Shown: positions 12,901-24,900 of the stretch, one piece after another | Layout: the number at the start of each line of letters is the position of its first letter | How positions within the stretch are numbered: position 1 is the stretch's first letter | From: Phoronis australis | Taxonomy: Eukaryota > Animalia > Phoronida | Reading direction: 5' to 3' | Length of the DNA stretch: 64,000 nucleotides | Assembly: GCA_002633005.1 (NCBI GenBank) | Contig: NMRA01000172.1 | Span: 269,866-333,865 of the forward strand | Notes under the pieces: generated by a model | Told to the model about the DNA's origin: nothing | Databases searched by the model: none | The model's input: only the letters and a program-made list of their open reading frames with translations | Translations under genes and position numbers: made by a program

Positions 12901-15900
12901 TTGTGTGGTTGAAAGTTTTAGACATGTCAAGTTTTTCAGCAAAAAAGGTCGTTTTTACAGTTCATGTGAGAAAACGAATCCTACACTCATCTCAGATTTA
13001 TGACATGGGCAAAACCTCTTGGAAACAATTGACAAAATCCCTTGGCAAGCCTCGGGATTTTGACAAAAGTTCCAAGAGGTTTTGCCCATGTCATAAATCT
13101 GAGACTCGTGAATGATTCTCTTTGACTGAAATGTGTTACGTTAACAATGTGTAACCTGCGAGCAGAAATAACGCAAATAGCTATAAACAGAAATAACGCA
13201 TAGCTATAAACAGAAATAACGCATAGCTATAAACAGAAATAACGCATAGCTATAAACAGAAATAACACAAATAGCTATAAACAGAAATAACGCATAGCTA
13301 TAAACAGAAATAAAGCATAGCTATAAACAGAAATAACGCATAGCTATAAACAGAAATAACGCATAGCTATAAACAGAAATAATGCATAGCTATAAACAGA
13401 AATAACGCATAGCTATAAACAGAAATAACGCATAGCAAAAACAGAAAAATGGCTGTTTTGAACAAAGCAATCATGTTGCAATGTAGACAAACAGTATTTC
13501 ACAGATACCTATGTTAGCAAAAATAAATACAATTTTATTTTTACATTTTGTGAATCTGCAAAGTCTGTTTCATTATTTTAAAGTCAAAGATGGATTAACA
13601 CTTAACAAAGTTACTAGGGAATTGCACAACTTTTTAAGCTGAATTATGAATAACTAGTTGCACGTGTTGATTGTTTCTCAAAATCAGTGAGGGAACATCG
13701 CCACCTTCAGAAGGAATGAACAACAACGCATAGTCTGATTTTCTTGAAAAAAATCAAAAGCTCCACATGATTAAAGAAAAAGGAAATAATTTTAATAGAA
13801 AACTGTAATGGCATTTTCGAGATTTCACATCAAACACTTATTTTGTTATTGATTCCATTTTGCTATCAATATTCATTTCTTTTCTGCTAAAGTTTAACAA
13901 AAGACATCATTATGTGACCCAGTTAATGGTAGACTGGTTATAAATCAAAAATGAAATGCTAATCACTGTCTACTTTCAAAAAATATCAACCTTTACTGAG
14001 TTAGATATTTGGGTCAATACTCAGACTTTTTGATGAGGCCCATTATAACCTTAACTCAAGTTGTTTTATTATAGAGTCTTGCGACAGCTACATTATGTTT
14101 CTTTCAATGTTGAATAAAAGGGTTCTGATGCGTATACACAATTATACAATACATTACAAAAATTTACATATCTACATTGTCTCTCCTGCTACCAGCTGCT
14201 AACAAATATCTATTGAATTTAAATTATCATACCTCAACATAACATTATCTATGGTAGTTTCAAAGTTTATGTAATTTTGAAAGTTGTTCTTATTCATGAT
14301 TAAGTGGTCATTCAATTAAACAATGATACTCTGCTTTTTAAAAATTGAAGTGGGTAGTTTGCATGATGGTACCAAGACAAGTGACTTGATGCCGGTGACC
14401 TAGATTGTATACAATTGATAAACTCTTTTAATCATTGTCTTGCTCAATATAAACATTTATAAAGCCATATTTTGTAAGTGGAAGTCAGTTGGTGTTGATT
14501 GGCAAAATAACTGGGAAAATAAAAATGTCTAATAGCATGAAGATATAAGAATTTTGTGGAGGAATTAATAGTTGGGACAAAGTGAAAGGTGATTTTCTAC
14601 AAGTGTAAAGCGTTGTCACTCTTTTACGTTATGTTCAGTTGTTTGAAAATGTTCAATTTACAGCCATTCCAGTGGCTATGCCACTCGTGGAAATGGAACT
14701 ATTACTTTGACTATCATTGACCCCAGCAAGTCGTCAACGCAGTCACCAACTATTACCCGGGATATACCCTATGTGAGTTTCTTTTATTAAATGTATTGTC
14801 AGTTCTTTGGCAAAAACCAGGTTCCATTAAGTCGGCGTTCTATTGGCGCATTCTCATGTCTTTGAGTTCACGCCACACGTCAGCAACATGTCAAACAAAC
14901 CAGTATTGTCAAAGTACACTGTCTCATACAGTGTCATTAGAAAGCACATTGATGCAGTCAGTCCACTATTAGGAAAGTACCTGCACAGTTGTTGGGGGTA
15001 AATTCATCACATGTGAAGAGAAATCTTAAAGCTACATTTTACCCTGTTGAGCTGACACTTCAAATATATTTTGAGTTCTTAACTGAAGTGTTTCAGCATT
15101 TAAAAGCATTACTTTGTCTTAGCAAACTCAAATTTGTGTCGAATGAGTTGGTAAGCAAGGGTGACATTATATGTCTACGTATTTTCCTTCGTTAAATGCT
15201 ACACCATTTTCTTGAAATAAACAGATGCTACGACTCAGTAACTAGGTCAACACCGTATTCTAATTTCATTTTTTTACCCGTATTAGGTTTGTGTGTTCTT
15301 AATAATAACAAAAACAAGTCCAGTCATGGTAAGAAAAAATTTGAGACCGATTTTATTAAAGTAAAAGTCTAATTCAATTTTTGTTTTTAGTCTGCTTAAC
15401 AGGGCGAAATTCATCTTTGCAGGTATTAAAAGTGTTTTTTATGCTGTTGTCTAACGTTGATAGGCAATGGATATTAATGTTATGGCAAAACTTGTTATGT
15501 CTGGAAGTAATCATCTAAACTTACACAACCTTTGAGTGACCTGAGTACCATTGAACTCTTGCTCTTGATTTATGTCGACAAATTGTTCCCGTAGATAAAA
15601 CTTAACAAGTATAGCTATGAATATGCCAATTATTATTATTATTATTATTATTTTACAGTTCCATGGTCGCACTGACTTCTTGTTCACGAGGCAGGAGATG
15701 GAAGATATCGCTGGTGGTAACTTGGCGGGGAAAATGTTGCGTGTGGACGCGTCTGTTATGGATTATTATCAGATGGGCACTGGCAAGGGTTGGCAGATTG
15801 CCAAGGTGTACAGTCATGACATCGTTTTGGAGTGGCTCGGTGATCATGTCAGATCTTTCAAGCCAGGAATGCCCTACACTGTCTATGTGAGTTGAGGGGA

Positions 15901-18900
15901 CGTACATACAATACAAAGTAGTACATACTACATGCATACAATACTGCATACTACATGCATGCAGTGCTGCGTATTACATGCATGCAATGCGAAGGGCTAG
16001 ATACTGCGAAATATGATACAATACAATTGCTGGAAGACATGCTTTATTTTAATGCGATTTGTTGGTCACATGGGAGAATATTCTGTTGATGCCCTATCAC
16101 CAACAGGTGGCGTGTGGACTAGTTTAATGATTTTTTCAAAAAGGTTCTTAAAGAGTCATGGATATCTTGTTCATTTCTTACAATTTTTGTAATTGTCTAA
16201 AAAAATTTACATATTATGTCTTAAATGAAGTAGTGAAAAATGATAATTGGGCAGTAATTTTATATGATTTCTTTTTTAGCTTTCAGCATCTAATGAAGAC
16301 AGAACACCCATAACGACTCAACGGCGCCTGGTGACCATCTCTGAGAGCCATCGTCGCATAAATAACGGCGGTACTGTTACCAAAGAGGACAAAGAATACA
16401 CCCTGCCGTCCAGTGGTATCCTCTCCTTGATTATTACACCTGAGCTGAATGACGAGCTCATCACCTTGGAGGTATGTATTTGCCAAGTGATGAGTCATCT
16501 TGTAATATTGACTACGGTAACTTGTCTTCTTTATTTCGCACAAAAATATTCAACAAAATTTTCTATTTTGCAAAGGCTGATCACTTTATTGCAAATAATG
16601 GAAAATTTAACAAAAATTGTTTTATGACATGTACACAGTACAAGCCGTGCTAGTAATAGCCTAAATTTTTTACTCTTTTTGTGGAGAAATTTGACAAAAT
16701 AGAATATCACTTATCAGTCTTATTGTGTGCTAAATAAATGAAGAGTTGATTTATGAAACTATTTTAAATGAGTTTAATGAGACAAATGTGCACCAATCTG
16801 TTAATTTGGTGACAGTAGGCTGTCTGGGATGGAATAATTATGTTATCCATTTATTTATTTAAAATAAGAAACATTTTTGCCAAAGTCATAATGGTCAAAC
16901 ACAGGTACAGTGCAACTACTTGTGAAAGGATGGTGAATCTGGCATCTTGGCTATAAAAACAAAGAAACATTAGGATATTCCCATTGGTTGGAAGTGCAAA
17001 AATTCTGTTGTAATTCAGGTTGTTGCGACAAATGTCCAAACTCTATGTCATGCACACTCATGCCAACACGCGGAATTCAGCGTGACACAACACAGTCCAT
17101 AGATGGCACTGCACATCGCAGATTGTGTTGACTCCCTGATGTTATTGTTAATTAAACTATCAGTAGTATGTGTTAATAGTCAGATACAATATATTATGCC
17201 TAGGCACGCTACGAAGACTTCTCAACTCGCTACAAGATGCAGGCTTATCGCCAGTACTCACCTAGTGACAGTTACATTCAGATCACTACGTCTACAACAG
17301 ATACCAAAGTGAGTTTCATTTACGAAAGTCAGCTACCAGTCTTTTGATTCACAGGGCAACCCAATTCTTGTTGTAATGAAGATTGCAACTGAGTACAGAT
17401 GCAGTACTTGCACTGCTTGCCCAATAAACTGCAGATTAACCAGTTGTCTGGTGTGCACAGCGTTTTTTGAAAAACCTTTCACAGGGCTTGGGTAATTACA
17501 GGTATTTTTGTTTATGGACTAAAAAATGTATGACCTTCCGGTCTTTTAAAGGTATTCTAGAATAAAGATTTAGTTTGCGTTTCATTGAGTACAACTTTTG
17601 GATGTGTCTGAACTTCTGTTTCAAAGTGCTATTAATCCTAGAAAAATGTGTTAAGTAGACAGAAAAGAAAGTCATAAGACCGTCCTACAAAACAATCTTC
17701 GCAACATGTCTGTCACAGCGACCTGTTTTACAATTTTTCAGGTAAATGAATACATGATCTTCAATGTTCACACCAACACAATTGTGGATCAATTGTACTA
17801 CATGGTGAGTTGTTTGATTTAATTTAATTAATTAATTGTTGAGTCTTTGAATGAATCACGTTTCACCAATTTAAAATACCAACTTAATGCTTTACCATTT
17901 TGAAGTTCTGTGTTGTACTTTTCATAGTGCAATAATCTGACCATTTTCAAACATGTCGCCAGCCATTGAAAGCTGGAGGTTGAACTGTCTGGCATTCATA
18001 AATGAGATATTATTATTAAGCAGTGAAACATCAAGAGTGATGTGTAACCAGATAAAATTGTATGAAACCAAAGCTGACTTTAAATCCGTTTTGGGTCAAA
18101 AAACAAAACTTTGCTACAGTAGTGGTTCTGATTACTTAATTACCTCTATGCAATTGGTCTAAACTTGTGCCTCACTCAGATGAGAAAGTATTGCTAGGCT
18201 CCTACAGAACTAATGTGTTTTTACTAGTTGAGACCATGCTTGTCACATAAAATGTCACGCCGTGACAATACAATGACACGCTTTGACAATAACAATGACA
18301 CGCTTTGACAATACAATGACACTGTGGCGCCTCCTAGTGGCATTATTTGTGCACCCTTAGTTGTACCTCCTAAGCCCTCTGCAGGATCTTTATTAAATTT
18401 AGCAAGTGTATATATATGACGTTGACAACGAAGACGACAACTTTAAGATGGATCTGACAAATGCTCAGTCCCCTAGTGGCAATTTCATTTTTTTGTGTTC
18501 CCCTGTTTCTCTAACGTTCCTTGACGGATTTTAATGAAATGTGGTAAATTGCTTTCTGTTAAAAAGCCACTGACATTTTCCTGTTTTTTGATGGATTTTA
18601 AGTATTTTGCTCCACCTAATTGCCTTTTTATGACACAAATTATTCTTTACTTTCAGATTGTCGCCAGTGGAAACATCGTTTTCACAGAGACCTTGATGAT
18701 GTTCTCCCGACACAAGACGTTTTCCGTAGCTTTGTCACGTGACATGGTGCCAAGTGCTCGCATCATTGTTTACTTCATACACCCCACCACTGCTGAGGTT
18801 GTGTCTGACAGTGTGAACTTCTATGTCAAGGGAACTAGTATGAACACTGTATGTATCATGAGGTTGTGTCTGACAGTATGAACTTCTATGTCAAGGGAAC

Positions 18901-21900
18901 TAGTATGAACACTGTATGTATCATGAGGTTGTGTCTGACAGTATGAACTTCTATGTGAAGGGAACTAGTATGAACACTGTATGTATCATGAGGTTGTGTC
19001 TGACAGTATGAACTTCTATGTCAAGGGAACTAGTATGAACACTGTATGTATCATGAGGTTGTGTCTGACAGTATGAACTTCTATGTCAAGGGAACTAGTA
19101 TGAACACTGTATGTATCATGAGGTTGTGTCTGACAGTATGAACTTCTATGTCAAGGGAACTAGTATGAACACTGTATGTATCATGAGGTTGTGTCTGACA
19201 GTATGAACTTCTATGTCAAGGGAACTAGTATGAACACTGTATGTATCATGAGGTTGTGTCTGACAGTATGAACTTCTATGTCAAGGGAACTAGTATGAAC
19301 ACTGTATGTATCATGAGGTTGTGTCTGACAGTATGAACTTCTATGTCAAGGGAACTAGTATGAACACTGTATGTATCATGAGGTTGTGTCTGACAGTATG
19401 AACTTCTATGTCAAGGGAACTAGTATGAACACTGTATGTATCATGAGGTTGTGTCTGACAGTATGAACTTCTATGTCAAGGGAACTAGTATGAACACTGT
19501 ATGTATCATGAGGTTGTGTCTGACAGTATGAACTTCTATGTCAAGGGAACTAGTATGAACACTGTATGTATCATGAGGTTGTGTCTGACAGTATGAACTT
19601 CTATGTCAAGGGAACTAGTATGAACACTGTATGTATCATGAGGTTGTGTCNGTTTTCTTTTGGAAATAGCTCTCGCAATGTAAGACAACGGTCATTTATT
19701 GCATGTAACCGTTGAAGTAAAATGCTGTTGCCCAACCTGATGGTAGTCAAATGCACTGACTAAAATGCTGAACTGTCATTTGTTTTCCATTTGATGACCA
19801 TTCTGAAATGCTGCTACTTGAAATCTTATCTCATTTGGAATTTCTTTGCTTTAACTTTTGAGGACCTTACTGCACGTACACTATTAAGAATTACGTATTG
19901 ATGGAAGAGTCTGTTGAGCTTGACAAGAAGTGGCTGTAAAACACACGATTCAGCTTGATTTGTAACTTGTGCCATTTATTGTCACCTGTACAGGTGATTG
20001 ATGAGCTGCTTACCTACGATGCTCACGCCAACTCGTCGTTCGGCCATACCTGGTATTTACCTGACCAGAAACAGAAGAGAGTCTACTACCCATCACCCAC
20101 GTACGCGCCTGATGCCAACAAAACATTTGCAGTAAGTTCATACTTTGACAACATTGAACTCAATTTTAATCATTTGTGGTGTATTTAGTCGATAACGGTT
20201 TGCTGAACTTACCTGGAGTTTTGAGGGTGGTGCTTTTATTTTGCTGTTATGGTGAAGGACCTGAAGCTACATCCCCAATCTCTCTCTGAAAGATTCTGGA
20301 AAAACGTGTTTCCAGTTGAAATTTTTTAATTCAGACTTTTCGTGTTCTTTACATTTTACAATGAAATGCTTTGGATTGTTTTGATTTTTTGGTTATTTGC
20401 AATTTTAGTTGTCAATTAGTTTCCAAATACTAGGTTATATATTTTTATTATACTGTCTGACTAATAAATTTTGTAAGTCTTAAACCGGCATGAAAATATA
20501 AATCACTATCATTACTGTGATCTGCATGCCACCTATTGAGTAGAACCCAGGACCCTCTGCTGACTGTGCTGATGCTTTAGTCCTCTGAGTCATCTGGTAT
20601 ATATGAATATGCAAATCTTAAACTGGCATTTGAGTCCTGGTCGGAGCAGAAACTCTTTCAGACTTCTATCTATTCATTAGGTTGCATGATTTGGCCAATA
20701 GGTGGCGTGCAGACCAGACTGAAAAAATTAATGTTTGAGATGTACAATATATTGTCATTTCATTGAGTATATCTTGTAGCTTTATTTTAATTGCCAGATG
20801 TACTTTTTTAGAATTTTTGCATTATGGTTTTTGATATGTCTTCAAATATTTATTCAGACAAATATATAGTACGCACAATCCTTGTCTATTTTATTTTTGA
20901 ATAGTTGTAATAGAAATGGATATTTGTTTACTCAGGTTCACCATTTTGCATTCTATATCATAAAACAATATGTTTTCAGTTTGCTGGGCTCCACGTCTTC
21001 ACGGATGCTAAGCTGATTGAAGTGAAACGTAAGTCGATTGTCAGGACAACAGTACAGGAAAAGAAAAGTCAGATTTGATACAAAAAAAAATTATTGAACC
21101 AAATCCATTTGTCTGTCTAAATTATGTAAGTTCACCAAGTTATAATTTTGGAGATTTGTTTATTTTTGCATTAATTTATTTTTGTGCGGGTAGTTTGGGA
21201 TAGCGCCCTCTTTTGGATGCACTTTTGAATGTTAATTTTTCTGCAGTCCTCAGTGTAATACACCTTATTGTTGATAGCAGTTCGTGAATCATTCGCTAGA
21301 GTGGCGTCACAGTTCACGCAAAGCATTATGGGCAATATTTTGGATTTTGTTTTAAGAATGGCCTCTTTAGCAGATGACGAGTTACGAAATGGCGGCAATC
21401 AACAATACGGTGTATGCCAATGCCACTTTATAATTGTTCAAATTCTGTATTCCGCAGACAACTGTAACTTCACACTTGGTTGGTTGCCATGCTGGAATGG
21501 CGAGTGTTACCGTAACCATACTCGCTGTAATGGAGTCTTTGACTGTAAGAAAGATGGCGCCGATGAGTTTGGATGTACGTACTTTTCTGTATCAGCTTCA
21601 TATTGTCTTTGCCATGTTGCTTTACTTCGTGGAAGTGTTGCAGTGTAAAGTACCTGTTCATATTTGGCGACATTTTAGTGTATTTACAAGTTGGCTTCAT
21701 TTGGCTTACGTAGTTGAATGTGTGTTCAAAATGAAAAACATTCTTGTTCAGATGGGTTAGACTGAGACAAGCCCAACTTTGTGGCCTGATTAAGACACTG
21801 TAGATTTTTGTTTTTTGCTTGTAGAAATTGTATCTGAATTGCAAATTATGTCCACCAATCTTTGTTTTCAGGAAATTGTTACTTGTCCATAGGTGTGACT

Positions 21901-24900
21901 TAATTAAAGAGACTGTACTGAATTTTATGCATTGTGAGACGTGCTGAACATGAATTAATTTCATCTTCAGCATGCTTTCAAGTTTCAAGAATATTCACTT
22001 AAATCAAATTTAAGCATTGTTTATTGCAGTTTGGTTAGCTGCTCTTTTGTTAAAAGTTATATTTGCCAAGCTTAGCATAATATACCTTTAATTCTCTGTA
22101 TTTTGAACACCACGGTTTGATTTTTCACATTTGGATTGCTATACTGCAAGGTCCTGCTGTTGGCCATTCCAAACAATTTCATGTTGTTGTTGACTTCAAC
22201 CTAAGATTACTACTTTAAGCACAGTTTTCATTGTCAAAATTTTTCAAGTGCAAATGTCTAGTGAAAATATGCGGATGTCGGCTTATTATTGGGCAGTTCG
22301 CACTTCACGTGGTCGCCATCCCGCTTAAATGCTGTCATGAAATTGGGTCAAATTTAAAACCGACTTGTGCCGACCTACCTGTATTTTGGTGAGAGGGACA
22401 GAAAAGTACTCAACAGAGCAACTCACCACCACCCCACCCCAACAAGCATATCCAACAGTTCACGGCAGGCATGAAATGGAACAAACCACAGGACACAGTC
22501 CTGAACTCCATGAATAAGACTCCTGCAGTACCAGGCAGAGCTAACAAACATTCCAAATAGATTGTGATCGCTTAGGAATCCTCACAACTTCCAGCAAATA
22601 TGAGCTGATTAAGTGCCAAACTTAGTGTCTGACCCGAATTTCCCAAACTGCGGGGAGATCACTCAAATTCAAAATCCTAGTGAAAATTCTTGACGGTGAA
22701 ACTGATGTTTTACTTTATGTCTTAGTTTTGAATTAGTGTCGTTGTCATACATCTCTCTTGTAGTTGTAGGATTCTTGACGATGCTTCAACGAATTCATTC
22801 ACTCGTCAGCTTATGCATACTGGATGTTCATTGCTTGATCTCAACTTTATAATGGTCTTGCGTAGGCAGCTTGACTACTTGACTTTTAGATTCACATCTG
22901 TGATTGCAGTGGTTTAATGAGTGGCTAATAACACTTTGCTTTCACTAGAACTTCATTTGCAGCTCAACTTTAATCTAGTTTTAGTTTCCACTTTGTGAAT
23001 TAAGTTCTGAAATGGAAGCCTCAATTTAAAATTGATTCCACAGCGGTGCCTTCTTTTGACTTTTATGCACGGAAAAATGGAAAATGCTCTATGCTTCTTT
23101 TTTATCATGATCTTAAATGGTAATATCATTTGGAGAAATAGAAGTCTTGGAATTGTTTTAATTTTAGATGCGAAGCAACAAATTAATTTTCGCCTCCAAA
23201 GTGTAATTTTTGTTTGTCCATTTTTTATTTGACACCTATTTTTGGTAATCTATTTGTAGAACAGTGTCTAAGTACACATAATAAGCAACAACCTGAGTTT
23301 CTGCAACTGAAGTGTGACATTAAGTTATGTGCTGTATGCAAATTAACTCAATGTTTGTCTTGTAATTGGTTTGTCATATGCTTTAATCAACATTGTGAAC
23401 TCATTACTAATGCGTACTTCTCATTCTTGTGCTACTCACATATTTAGGCGAGAAAAGTGACACGTTTCAAGTCGATACCAAGTTTTGGAACAGCAAACAC
23501 ATCGACCATCACTTCCTAGATTATGATTGGTTGTGGGAACAGGCGTACACCAAGTAATTTGACTATAAATGTGGCTTTGTACCGTCCCATCAGATTAACA
23601 CAAGCATGTACCCGACGTACCTCCAATTTTGTCGCTGTGTGTCCGTTTCTTTTGAAATGACACCAACTCTGCATGTGTCAATGTGTGTGATTTACTAGTT
23701 AAACAAAACTTCCATGTCTGATTTTTTTTTCATTTTCAAATAAGTGTTGCAACATTTCGATGCTCATTCTCAAGATCTTAGTTTTGTTTTCACTTTTTCA
23801 CATTCTACTACTATTTATTCTTGGTGTACAGACAATCATGGGCGGCATATTAATTACTTTCCATGTTAAAATGAACATGTTTTTGTATGAAATTTTTCTC
23901 TGTGCTCTGAAAATAGCGTAAAAATTGTTGAAGGCAAGGAATGTAAACACGGTGATATTAGACATGGAAGTCTGTTGTATACTTGTTTAGATCAGTTGAT
24001 TTCCACCCGTGTTCATGATTTTCTTGCTTGTTTGTTTTCAGTTTGGTGCTTCCAGTCACTAACATTGCATGACTTCTAACTTGCTGGAACTACTAACGCC
24101 GTCTAGCTGTAGAGTGGTGACTTGCATGTGAATCACTCATGTCTTCTTATTTCATTGTTATGTAATGCACAAAGAGTCCTGGGAATATTTAATGATCATT
24201 AGTAAGGTAGTTTTCAAATTAATCAAGACAACACCAAACTTTGAAGTTTTGATGCACATAATTATCCATTTTGTATTGACTAGAACCCATTTCAGTTCTG
24301 GCTAAATCTTGACTGGTATTACTCCATTGCAAAACCTTGCTTTTAATTGTTCATTTATTAGTGAACTTGAACTTTAAATAATTGCTGGTCCATTAATAAA
24401 TAAACAGTTACTGTCTAGGTGCAGAAATGTCACTCGGATTAAACTTTGACAAATGTGTTATTTCATTGCCAACAAAATTTGACTAAAATACGAAATTATT
24501 CCCATAAGAAGTTCTTTCAAGTTTGTTAGAGTTTGACAGTTCTGTGGAAGTCTGTCTCGTTTTTTTGAAAACTAGTAACTATACCTGCATACAATCAAAA
24601 TTTTTAAAATAAGGTTCTTGCCAAATGTTTATCACTTGTTATGGAAATTTCCCATCATTCTTTGTACAATACAGTTGGAACTTTGTTTCTGCACAACTTT
24701 CTTGTTTCTTTTCTGTTTTGCATGAAAATGCTTTGTGTTCAGTTTCCTGCGTGTGCCTAAACACCATGACTGCACGATCGCGTTGCATGGCTTGATGCTG
24801 TCTCATCATTGTCAGATAGCCTACACCCCCACCCCAGTTTGTAACCCCACAGCCAGTTGTTGCCTGTTGTCACTGTGAGTCTGTGTGTGTCTGTGCAGGC

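Noticed and set aside
18795-19650. CRISPR-like array
   Set aside because: Units are contiguous and identical with no unique spacers; eukaryotic context; derived from an exon/intron junction.
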